Assembly (NCBI RefSeq): GCF_041146345.1
Contig: NW_027191404.1
Location: 2,604,001-2,668,000 of the forward strand
Direction of reading: 5' to 3'
DNA length: 64,000 nucleotides
DNA from: Neodothiora populina
Taxonomy: Eukaryota
Shown: piece by piece, positions 49,524 to 60,199 of the stretch
Position numbering within the stretch: the first letter of the stretch is position 1
How the letters are laid out: each line of letters begins with the position of its first letter
The notes under the pieces: model-generated
Told to the model about the DNA's origin: nothing
Seen by the model: the letters and a program-made list of their open reading frames with translations, nothing else
Database searches by the model: none
Made by a program: the position numbers and the translations under genes

Positions 49524-51024
49524 TCAGAATACAAGCACTTCATTCTTGATCTGATCATCATCATCCACCGCAATACCGTCTCCGTACTCACCATCATCCG
49601 AAGAGCTCTCGTATATGAACATCTTCACCTTGAACCCTGCTGCTTCCAATTCTTTGGCGGTAGGAACAATTGGTTCTTTTGGCTTTTTGGACGGGTCGAG
49701 CCACTCTCCAGGTAACATCGACTGGTTGGCCAGAGTCCTGACAGTCACTCTCCAGGGTATGGCGAAGGCATCCAATCCACGTGTCGGTGGATCGACTGTC
49801 CAGAATCGACGAGAAAAAAACTTGGCATAATCCTTGACCTCAACAGCACCGTAGATCCTGTATTGCATCGTTGCGGCTGCGGGACTTGTCGTTTGGAGAG
49901 CTGTGCCTCCAAGATCTTCGCCTGTGTAGCGCCAGGGAACATTACCATCGATAATCCTTTTGTAATTGATTAGTCCGCCCATCTCCCTTGAGAAAATGCA
50001 CAGACTCACCGTATGGAGCAGCGAACGTGTAAGGGTTGTATCCCGTGGGGAGACAGCAACCAGCAAATATTCTCTGTTGCAAGGCCCATCCGAGTTCTGC
50101 AAGCCGATCGTCACGGAAAAAAGGCTCGTATCCCCGGGTACTTGGGTATTGAATGAGATCAGGTGTTGCTTCAAATGATGCGTTCCAAGCGGCATGTGCG
50201 ATTTCGTGTAGAAGTATGTTGGCCAGTAAGAAATGTGTACGTAGCATTGCTGTTTCATGATTGAAGGTCGGGGCTTTGGAAAAGGAGCTGGCTACAATCC
50301 TTTCCCTCAGGACACCTCTCTGATCTGGCGATCGATCAAGATTGTTGATGCAAATGTTGTGCTGTGACTCTATTACTAAAAAGACGTACAAGCAAACAAG
50401 CAAACCAACATACTCTGAGATGAGACCAGGGAAACCCGGTACGGACAGCGTGATAGCAGAGGCATTCACATAAATGGGCCCAAATGTCAACCTAACGCAG
50501 TTCTTCAGCCCATCTAGATTGATATATGTCTGTCTCGAAGGCCGATGGTGAGGCCAGTCATTATCAATCGAGTCGAATCGGTGCAACAAAGGCGTCTGAA
50601 GTCGTCTCTCGAGTTCGGCATCTTGTATTCGTGTCAATGGTCGAGCGAATATCCCATTAAAGAAGGTGACCACACATGGCTCATATAACAAAGACGAAGC
50701 CAGTCGGAGAGCAGGCATCATACTTTCATAGTCGCCATCGTCGACTCCATCCCAGTTCTGCTTTCGGAATATCCGATGAATTCGCGGTAGCTGGTTACCA
50801 TCGAAATCGACGGGTGGACGATCGACGAAATCAGCTTGGATGTTTGGTAAGGGATCTGGACCAAGCCAACCGATATACCCCAGTCGATGTAGATCCTTGA
50901 GTCGGAGCTTGTTTAAAAGTACGTCGTGGCCGTGCCATGGCTCGACCAGATCAGACCCGGTAGTGAATGGCTTCACACATCGGGCCTTGTGTTGTTTGCG
51001 TAGTTCTTATATTTCGTCTGCCAT
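49524..51024 (-). pseudogene. Probable pseudogene of a fungal HExxH (zincin-like) hypothetical protein
   Basis: ATG 51024 is followed by an in-frame TAA at 51007-51009. LANILLHEIAHA (HEIAH 50194-50208) and EPFF...ELG are present. After intron 49957-50009 the plausible coding sequence switches frame. Confidence 0.5.
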
Positions 51025-51316
51025 TTTCCTCTTTGCACATGGACTTGAGAACACATTTTGGCTGAAACTCCATGTTATAGATCAATTACCTCTTTGTTCC
51101 TCGAAAACCTGTGCTCTTACCGCAACCGGTGCATCTGGTCAACATCAATGTTGAGATAGACATTCTTTGTTCAAGCATCAATATCAGTATGTAAACTAGA
51201 CAGGGTCGCCCTCTGGACGAGTACTACGCGCCGACATAGCAACATTATGTATACGATGTAGAATTACTTTATCACGTGATCGGATGCCAAAAGTCGCTTC
51301 CGAGATCAGTAAATTG

Positions 51317-51388
51317 GGACCGCTGGCGCAATGGTAGCGCGTCTGATTCCAGTCCAGAAGGTTACCTGTTCAAATCAGGTGTGGTTCA
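51317..51388 (+). tRNA. tRNA-Trp(CCA), intronless
   Basis: Cloverleaf GGACCGC/GTGGTTC, D-arm GCGC/GCGC, anticodon CCA 51349-51351, T-arm ACCTG-TTCAAAT-CAGGT. Confidence 0.88.
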
Positions 51389-51743
51389 ATTCCATTGTAG
51401 AAACTTCTGAAACATTCATCACTTTTTGCTCTTTTTGCTTTCCGGAAGGAAGTAATGAGCCTCGCGAGAGCGGTGATGCATTCAACCAAGTCCGCCACCG
51501 CCACCGCGCTTGCTTAGCCGGTGTTATGACTCCTTTTCGGTCGCACGCTGGCTCCCGTCGAACCACTTCGATTGTGGGACTTCAACAATTTTTCTTCTCC
51601 ACGCTATCGCCTCTTCAATCACATTATCTCTCGTCATCGCGGCCCTCAGCACAGCAGCGGGACAATCGAAAGACCTTGTCACGCTGTGCTTCCACACAGA
51701 TAACAGATATGTAATACGGGGGCCGTGCAGACACATATCTACT

Positions 51744-51850
51744 GGAGAGATGGCCGAGCGGTCTAAGGCGCTAGCTTAAGGTGGTCTCTTGCAAAGAAGA
51801 CTTACATACGCTAGTCAGAAATGGCGTGGGTTCGAATCCCACTCTCTTCA
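51744..51850 (+). tRNA. tRNA-Leu(AAG) with intron 51782-51808
   Basis: GGAGAGA/TCTCTTC acceptor, GCCGAGCGGTCTAAGGC D-arm, CTAGC/GCTAG stem, AAG 51778-51780, long variable arm, GTGGG-TTCGAAT-CCCAC. Confidence 0.93.
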
Positions 51851-51863
51851 TCATATTTACCTA

Positions 51864-51949
51864 GCACCATTGGGTTAGTGGTAAACTTGGTCGTTGCCAG
51901 CTTTCGCAGCAAGTTCGACCAGCCCCGTGTTCGATTCACGGATGGTGCA
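51864..51949 (+). tRNA. tRNA-Gly(GCC) with short intron
   Basis: GCACCAT/ATGGTGC acceptor, GGTCG-TTGCCA-[about 15 nt]-T-CGACC, CCGTG-TTCGATT-CACGG. Confidence 0.93.
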
Positions 51950-52108
51950 ACACTTTTGCTTGTCCTCGAGGGAACTTGTGTTTCCAGTCCTGTTCTTTTG
52001 GATATGCGAGTCTCCGTGCATAAAATAACAATGATGGTATTTTGGCTAGTATATGCTCATTCAGCGAGATAGTTATATACAGCTATGGTTTCACTAGTTC
52101 TCCATCAA

Positions 52109-52201
52109 TCTTTGTTGGTCTAGTGGTCATGATTTCCGCTTGTCAATCGACCGAGTCGAGTACAAGCGCGGGAGACCGGGGTTCGATTCCCCGACAGAGA
52201 G
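52109..52201 (+). tRNA. tRNA-Asp(GTC) with intron 52146-52166
   Basis: TCTTTGT/ACAGAGA acceptor, TCCGC/GCGGG stem, GTC 52142-52144, CGGGG-TTCGATT-CCCCG. Confidence 0.93.
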
Positions 52202-52210
52202 TTTTTTTTT
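52202..52210 (+). terminator. Pol III oligo-dT terminator of tRNA-Asp
   Basis: T9 immediately after the discriminator base. Confidence 0.85.
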
Positions 52211-52231
52211 GCTTCGGATCACTAATCGATC

Positions 52232-52323
52232 TGATAATCAAAATAGACGATGACATAATTGTACAAAATGCACATGTACAGAGCTGTCACGAAGCAATTT
52301 GATAATCAAAATAGACGGTGACA
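52232..52323. repeat. 24-nt direct repeat pair (52232-52255, 52300-52323)
   Basis: tgataatcaaaatagacgatgaca versus tgataatcaaaatagacggtgaca, one mismatch. Confidence 0.85.
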
Positions 52324-53095
52324 ACAGAGAGTGTACAGAGGGGTTATGCGAGAACGAACGAGCGATCAACAAACAATTTTTCTTGGTCCTACCGCTCTTT
52401 GCGAACACGGAACACAGGAAGCTTCTAGTGTACTCCACATGTAGTATTATCAGGGATGAGGGGAGCACTGCAGTAATCCAAACGGCATGAATACGAGGGG
52501 TGATGTGCAGGAAGTGCGACACAGTAAATGAAGGCACAATCAAAACCAAACGCATGAATTACAAGACGGCTCGTGAATAGTAGAAAAAACAAAGACATCC
52601 GACATGCAGTGAATATTCTTTCAAGACATGTAATACATGAATACGAAGGGAGAAGAAAGCGAGACCCTTCTCCGCCACTTGGGTGACCGCCTCGGCCCGT
52701 AGACGGAAGAGGCGTCAGGTGTGGGTTTTCTAAATATAGGAGGGAAGACCGACGTCAGAAACCAGCATTGATATAAAGTTGATCTTTTGATCGTGCTTAG
52801 GGTAAACAGACGATGCGCGATGCTACGTTGTAGACAAAACGCAGCTTGGCTGCTGTAGATCTTTAGGAGCAGCCAAGGTTGATCTACAAGTCCTATGGTC
52901 ATAGGCACTTGAATTAGAAACCGACCTCGTAAAAGATATCCACCAGATCGAGTAGAAGAAGAATATATAAGTCGAGTAGAACAACCACTGTTCTCTGCTA
53001 TTCATCCTCTCTCTCATCATCCAACTACCACTACAACTTCAACAACCGCAACAACAACAACTTCTCCTTCTAACAATCCCTAAATTACCATCAAT

Positions 53096-54013
53096 ATGAA
53101 GACCACCTCCGTTCTTTCCTCTTTGGCTATTGCCCTCCCCGCTCTCGCAGCTCCCGCTCCCGCCACCACCCCGGCTGCTGGTGCTTGCCCCGGCATCAAC
53201 AGAGCCGAGTTCTTCTCCAACAACAACATCCAGTACACCGTCAGCTGCGGCTCCGACCTCGACACCAAGGTGCTCCGCACCACCACCACCGAGGTCGGTC
53301 TTCCAGGATGTCTTACTGCCTGTGACGGCACTATCAACTGCACCGCTGTCTCCTATGTTCCTTCCGAGTCAGACAGCCAGAAGGGTACTTGCTACGTTCG
53401 CACCACTGGTGCTCAGCACTCTGCCGATCCTTCGGTTGCCGTTGCCAACCGTCTGAGCCCTATGCCCACCACCACCATCACCACCTGGCCCAGCAACACC
53501 GCTGCCGCTAGGCGTGCTGCCTCCACCGGCTTCTCCACCACCTTCGGTGGTGTTGCCATCCGCTCCGGCTCTGACATCCAGTACAAGTCCGTCAACGCCA
53601 ACGGCACCTACTTCTGGCTGAACCGCGGCAGCGAGACCTACACTCCTGCCTCCGTGCCCACTCCCAACCAGCAGAATGACACCCTCTTCATCGGTGGCGA
53701 CAACACTCTTGACCTCGCGGTCTCTGTCCCCGGCGGCCAGCAGGTCTACGTTGACGGAAAGGGCCGTCTCAGATTCACCGTCCCTCACTCCACCGCCATG
53801 GAGGCCGGCTCCAAGACCACTGGCTTCAGCTTCGCCGAGGGTGACCTCTACTTCGAGAATGACGGCTTCCTTGCTTGCAACCTCGGTGCCGCCTACGACA
53901 ACGCCTACAGCGTCTACGCTGCCTCTGTCGCTGGTAACCTCGGTGACAGCTGCGTGGGCTTCGAATTCAGCGCCTCCGAGATCTCCGGCCCTAAGGCTTA
54001 CGAGTACTCTTAA
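53096..54013 (+). CDS. Secreted cell-wall protein: N-terminal PAN/Apple-like Cys domain plus PhiA/IgE-binding-protein-like domain
   Basis: Signal peptide; CP...YTVSCGSD...C...CD...C..VSY...CY; then AIRSGSDIQY, VPGGQQVYVD..G.LRFT.PHS and GFLAC. Confidence 0.82.
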   Translation: MKTTSVLSSLAIALPALAAPAPATTPAAGACPGINRAEFFSNNNIQYTVSCGSDLDTKVLRTTTTEVGLPGCLTACDGTINCTAVSYVPSESDSQKGTCYVRTTGAQHSADPSVAVANRLSPMPTTTITTWPSNTAAARRAASTGFSTTFGGVAIRSGSDIQYKSVNANGTYFWLNRGSETYTPASVPTPNQQNDTLFIGGDNTLDLAVSVPGGQQVYVDGKGRLRFTVPHSTAMEAGSKTTGFSFAEGDLYFENDGFLACNLGAAYDNAYSVYAASVAGNLGDSCVGFEFSASEISGPKAYEYS

Positions 54014-54377
54014 GTGTCTTCTTGCATCAGATCGTCTTTCAGCGGTATACCATCATTCGTTCAACATAGCATAGCATAGCATAGCGACTTCTTCTGCTTC
54101 TCTGTCTCATTTATAGCTACCATTGTATATATTAAGATAAATCGGAATTCTGACTGCGTTGAGCGTCAAGACTACTGCTCTCTCTTTTCGGTTTTGTTTC
54201 ATGTGCGATGTTTCACATGTGCAAGATAAGGTGAACTCAAGTGACTGGATGTGACTGGAGGTGACTACTATGAGACACGGTAGCCAAGGTGGCTACCTAT
54301 TCGCTCGTAGCTACAATCACCTCAGTCCATTCACATGCAAGACTTTCCATTACCCAAAAGAGCTCATGTTTCTCACC

Positions 54378-54612
54378 TGACTCATCTGTCCGACATGACT
54401 CCTGATGAACGTACTTTGCAGCTGCGAAGCTTTGCAGCAATTTGACGCTCCAGCGGGGAGTGGTTGCGGGGTTCAACCCGTTCCGATGTCGGATAGTGGC
54501 TTTTCTCTTCGATTCGGCCTATCGCCCATTGGACCCGGGCACAAATAAGGTTGGCCACAACTTGGCTCCTTCTCAAATTATTGTAAACTCCTCCTTCCGT
54601 CTGTGTGAGTCA
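54378..54612. promoter_or_regulatory. ILV2 upstream elements: CpcA/Gcn4 sites and a Leu3/LeuB-type site
   Basis: TGACTCA 54378-54384, TGACTC 54396-54401, TGAGTCA 54606-54612; CCG-N4-CGG (CCGATGTCGG) 54483-54492. Confidence 0.7.
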
Positions 54613-54690
54613 ATCTTCTGGTTCTTTCCTGTTTAACATTTCAATTTCTGCTTCTTGCTTCTGTCCTCCAATTCCCATACAGCAGCAAAT

Positions 54691-56878
54691 ATGATGCACT
54701 CACAAGCCCCCAAGAGGGCGATTCAATGCGCCTCTCGTGTTCGAAGATTCACCACATCGGCCAGAGTCGCGTCTGTTTCGCCATACAAAGCCACGAAGAG
54801 AGATCAAAGCACAACCACGGCAGCAGCTGCCGCGACCAGAGCCACGCCGAGTCCTGCTTTCAACAGACAGGACACTACGTCTTATAAGGATGTTCAACCT
54901 CTATCATCACACAAGGCTCCGGAAATGGACCATTCCTTCATTGGAATGAAGGGTGGCGAGATTTTCCATGAAATGATGCTCAGACAAGGTGTCAAGCATG
55001 TTTGTGAGTGTTTTTTGCCTCCCCAAACGAAGATTAAATAAAACAAAGTGAATTGACATTAAAACAAAGTCGGATATCCTGGCGGCGCCATTCTGCCTGT
55101 GTTCGATGCGATCTATAACTCGAAACATTTCGACTTCATCTTGCCCAGACACGAACAGGGAGCCGGTCACATGGCAGAGGGATATGCACGTGCTTCAGGA
55201 AAGACCGGTGTCGTTCTTGTCACATCTGGTCCTGGTGCTACAAATGTCATTACGCCAATGCAGGATGCTCTTATGGATGGAACCCCAATGGTTGTTTTCT
55301 CGGGACAGGTCGTCACGACGGCAATTGGTTCAGATGCTTTCCAAGAGGCGGATATTATCGGAATCTCAAGAGCGTGCACCAAGTGGAACGTCATGGTCAA
55401 GAACGTTGCTGAGCTGCCTCGAAGGATCAATGAGGCCTTTGAAATCGCAAATTCCGGCCGTCCTGGTCCCGTCTTGGTCGATCTGCCCAAGGATGTTACC
55501 GCTGCTACTTTGACCCGCGCAATCCCCAAGTTGGCAACAACCCTCCCGACTCACCCCAGTGCTGCCACCTTGGCTGCTCGCGAGTTTAGCAAGAAGGAGC
55601 TTGATCAGTCAATCGCAAAGTCGGCAGACCTCATCAACATTGCAAAGAAGCCCGTCATTTACGCTGGAGCTGGTATCCTCGGACACCCTGACGGCCCCAA
55701 GCTCCTGAAAGAACTCTCCGAAAAGGCACAGATCCCTGTCACGACTACCCTCCAAGGTCTTGGTGGTTATGATGAACTTGACCCCAAGTCCCTTCACATG
55801 TTGGGAATGCACGGCTCTGCTTTCGCCAACATGGCAATGCAAGAGGCTGATCTTGTTCTTGCCCTTGGCGCACGTTTTGACGACAGAATCACTGGCCACG
55901 TTCCTCGTTTTGCACCTGCAGCTCGCCAGGCAGCTGCTGAAGGTCGTGGAGGTATTGTTCACTTCGACATCATGCCAAAGAACATCAACAAGGTCGTCCA
56001 GGCCACCGAGGCTGTTCAGGGTGACGTGACGGAGAACCTGCGTCTTATGATGCCTCAGGTTCAGAAAGTCTCCGAGCGCACGGAATGGTTCGATCAGATC
56101 AATGACTGGAAGAAGAGATTCCCATGGGCATACGAGAAGGAATCTGGACCGGACTCTCTCATCAAGCCCCAGACCGTCATCTCCAAACTCTCGGATCTGT
56201 GTGCCGATCGTAAGGACAAGACCATCATCGCGACCGGCGTTGGACAACATCAAATGTGGACCGCTCAACACTTCCGCTGGAGACATCCCAGAACCATGGT
56301 CACTTCAGGTGGTCTCGGAACCATGGGCTTCGGCTTGCCAGCTGCCATTGGCGCCAAGGTCGCCGCACCCGACAGTCTTGTCATCGACATCGACGGCGAC
56401 TCTTCCTTCTCCATGACTTTGACCGAACTGTCCACTGCTGCCGAGTTCAACATTGGTGTCAAGGTTCTTATTCTCAACAACGAGGAGCAAGGAATGGTCA
56501 CTCAATGGCAGTCCTTGTTCTTCAACGACCGATTCTCCCACACTCATCAACGCAACGCCGACTTTGTCAAGCTTTCGGAAGCCATGGGAGTTCCGGCAAA
56601 GAGAGTGTCCAAGGTTGACGATCTCGAGGCCAGTCTCCAGTGGTTGATCGAGGGCTCTGGCGAGGGACCGGCATTGCTCGAGGTTGTGACGGATCAAAAG
56701 GTGCCTGTCTTACCAATGGTGCCGGCAGGCAGTGCTCTTCACGAATTCCTCGTTTACGACGAAGGTAAGTCTTTCTTTCCATTCAATTTATTCACTATGG
56801 TAAAATGCTAACTCTCTCGTGCGCGCAGCCAAGGAAAAGGAACGCAGACAGAGAACCAAGGACAGAACCGGACGATAA
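54691..56878 (+). CDS. ILV2: Mitochondrial acetolactate synthase (AHAS) catalytic subunit; introns 55004-55069, 56765-56828
   Basis: Arg/Ser-rich presequence, FGYPGGAILP, RHEQGAGHMAEGYAR, TSGPGATN, GARFDDR, GVGQHQMW and the GDSSF...NN ThDP motif. Confidence 0.97.
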
Positions 56879-57015
56879 ACGTTCTTCTCACATAATTTGC
56901 ATTTCGAAAAACTTGGCAGGGCGTTTTGTAGGAAATAAAAAAGATTCGTGGGTGGTTTTTTTTCGCAGCAAGTGCTGATGCGACAATTTTTCTTCTTCTT
57001 CTTTCTCTTCTTTGT

Positions 57016-58648
57016 TCATTTCTTGCTCCATTGAATGTAAAGTTCATCAGCCTTGACTCTACCAATGAAATTGTCGAGTTGCGTCATGTCAGGGTTCCCG
57101 ACGAGCGTGCTTGTGAAGTTTGTGTACAAGGCCGCAACACCGGCCTTGATCACTTTTTGTCCTTCCGTCAGCCAAAAAGTCCCGTCTTCACAAGAACGGA
57201 AAGAAAAACTTACTGGTCGAGGCAACATGTTGCCCAAGACACATTGCGCCTCCACTACTGAAGGCCCAGAACCAATGTCTCATCTCAGCGAGTTGTTTCG
57301 GCGATGCATCCAGCCACCGCGAGGGGTTCCACTGCTCAGCGTTCGGAAACACGTCTTCGTTGCGGTGCAGAGTGTACGCGTACGACTGCACGACGGTGCC
57401 AGCGGGGACGGCGTAGCCCTCTAGGGTGATGGTGGACGGGACGACTCGGGGTTGAGCACCCGGCGCCGGCGACCACAGACGCAGAGTCTCGTGCACGACT
57501 GCGTCGAGCAAGGGCAGCGAGTCTAGGTCTTTGGGGTCTGTGACGCCTTGCATTTCTCTGCAGAGGTCCGCTTGTAGAGCCGGGCGAAGAGATAGTTCGT
57601 ATTGCAGGTACGTGAGCGTTATGCCGCTTGTTTCGTGCGACGCGGCCGTGTGGTCGAACATTTCGGCTGTGGTCTCGAAGCGGTACGGGTATGGCTGATG
57701 AGCATCACTCGGAGCCGCGGCGGCGGCGGCCTTGAGGTTCGCGGCCCGCTGTTGCATGAAGATGACGGGTTTGTTCTCGTCGGTTGGCGAGGGGTTCTCC
57801 GTCACGTATTTCTCCGCGCGGTCGCAGAGGTCCAGCTCCCATTTCTCCAGGTCGTGGAAGACGTCGAGCGCGTCGTCTGGGATGATCTTGTAGCCGAAGC
57901 GGGCCAGTGTGCGCGTGAAGTTGGGCACTCGCCCGACCCAGAACATCCATTTGCGCGGCGATTGCGTGTTGTCGATGTACCAGTCCCGTTCCTTGTCGTC
58001 GTCGATGAAGTTAGTGCCGAGTTCTTGGCCGAATTGGAAGTTGGTGAAGGCGTCCATGGCGATGCCGGCGTTCAGGGAGACCATTTCCAGTGGGGTTCGG
58101 CTTGTGTCGCTCGAGCTGATCTTGGGTATCAGGTGGTCGGTCATGACTTTCCTCAAGGAGCCTCGTAAGGTGGGTGAGGACAGGACGCTGGTCTTTGAGT
58201 AGATGTGTGACAAGGCTCGTCTTTTGGCTGCATGTGCTTGCTTGTCTTGGGATGTGAACATGGTCCGTAAGCTTTACACAACGGTCAGTATTGCGCATGG
58301 ATTTGAAAGAAAACCATCCATATCATACCCGAATGACTGGAAGATATTGGGGTAAAAGTCCGTCTTCGGAAAGTTGCCCGAATAGATCTTCTTCAGCCCC
58401 TCGAGACTGTTCACACTCAATTCATTCGGTGCGATCCGAAGAATGGGACCTTTGGCTCGGTGAGCCTCGAGGATCGCCCTGTTTTCCTTCTCGAAGTAAC
58501 GGATATAAAGCAGCCATGCTGGACTAAAATGAGCAGTGAAGTGGGCAGCTGGGACCTTTGACAGAGGTGTCAAGAACGCCGGTCGGATCACGAATCTGTA
58601 GACAAGTGCCAAAACCACGCCAAGTGGGAACAAGTACATGAAAGCCAT
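57016..58648 (-). CDS. Cytochrome P450; introns 58272-58328, 57153-57213
   Basis: N-terminal TM, PLSKVP, RIAPNELS, I-helix AASHETSG, ETLR, PSRW and heme motif WAFSSGGAMCLG. Confidence 0.93.
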
Positions 58649-60199
58649 GTTTTTGTGCTATGTGCGTGAAAATGACAGAGAATATCCATCGTGGATGGGG
58701 GTTCATATACCACTTACAGTGAGGGGTATGCATGATGCATGACAACTACCGTTGCACAGGATCTACCTGACCAGTCTTAACAGGACCACTAAGAGGGTGC
58801 TGGTTTATCTCTTTACTGGTTTTCTGGAGCGAGGGGAGGTGTTTTCATCTATCATCCTCGTTGTCATTCGGTACCATGGTCTGTCGTTGGGTGTTTATTG
58901 CCTCAGACCATGATAGCGCACCTTCATCGAGTCTTGCTCAGGCCTGGTTCTCGAAAACAAATCCTCAGGCTTGCTCCTTCGTGATACTTCTCACGATCAG
59001 CTGTCGTCTCCAGGCCCTCTGACAAATGCTCCTTGAAGCTGTTCTTCAAACGGCCTCATTACACATGACAGAGTTGGCCCACTCCGACATGCAGCTTGCC
59101 TTTTCACTGACACATTCAGGATCTCCGTCACACATGTTTTCATCACAATCCGGCCCCCCGAAGCTTTGACCATTACACCGTGGGGGAATTCATTAGGTAT
59201 ATTGGGCTCCTCACTGTTCAGGGATCAATCGCAATGCATGCATATTCACATGTTGAGCAACGGGGTTGCAATAGCGCTGAATGATGATACGTGCGATTGC
59301 CACTACGAAGCTAAGCGAGGAGCGAAAGGACGTCGAGTACAGTGATTGAAGTCGACCGAGGTTGTGATGGGGACATCTGTGCTGCCGATATTATTGATGC
59401 ATATGGGTGATGACCAAGACGAAATTGATTGGTGACGATGATGACGAGAGGACGTCGAGGCTGATGACAATTGGCGGCGAGGTCGATGGGCTTTGTTGAA
59501 TATGGAAAACGGGTATCCCCTTTCTAGGAGGTGGCAGGTTGATCAAGTCGTTCCATTTAGACGATGTGTTTATGCAGGTTGAGCTGGATGTTAAGAGCAG
59601 TGGGAGTGTCTGTCGATAGTGTTACAACTACAAGAGGTAAGATGTCGATAGACATGATTGGACGCAGATGGCATGAGTACACTTGATGTCATTGACGCGT
59701 GTCATCATTTTATATATTCTATCAAAGGTCAGCGTTGGATATCTACACATGCATACCACCTCGCACAGTCGGCTTGTCATTTTTCGCACATCCATTAGAT
59801 ACAAGAGATATCGAGAACGAGAACGGAACTTGACGAAATGCTCATCAATGAAGCAATAGTGATTAGCATAGGTGATCGACGTGTGATGGCTATGGGTAGC
59901 TCTCCACAACGACTGTTGGAAGAAGCAACGAAGCGATAACTATTACTGAATCTCCGGAGCGAACGTCGCAAGCAGCAACGGAGAGATGACGATGGGAAAG
60001 AAAAGTGAATTTCGAGTTGACGCAGAAGGAAAAGCAGATGATTCGAACTCGAAGACACAAGGGACGATGAAGTGGGACCGTGAGAAATTCTATATTCGTC
60101 AACCACAAACCCAGTCGACTCTATCGTGGGGGGGGGGGAGAAGCGTAAAGCAAAACACCATCGTAGTCTGTCTAAAACACATGACAAATCTCGCGACTA

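Noticed and set aside
51430..51700. CCGGAAGGAAG resembling SRP RNA helix 8 between the tRNAs
   Set aside because: It lacks the conserved CAGG/AGCA internal loop and an Alu-domain start.
54468..54480. CGGGGTTCAACCCG hairpin resembling a tRNA T-arm
   Set aside because: No acceptor stem, D-arm or anticodon arm can be folded around it.
54691..58648. ILV2 as a self-resistance gene of a secondary-metabolite cluster
   Set aside because: No PKS, NRPS or terpene synthase is in the window, and the promoter carries normal CpcA/Leu3-type housekeeping sites.
58649..60199. Short ORFs between the P450 and acdS; possible regulator or transposon remnant
   Set aside because: No Lrp, Zn2Cys6 or transposase motifs and no terminal repeats.
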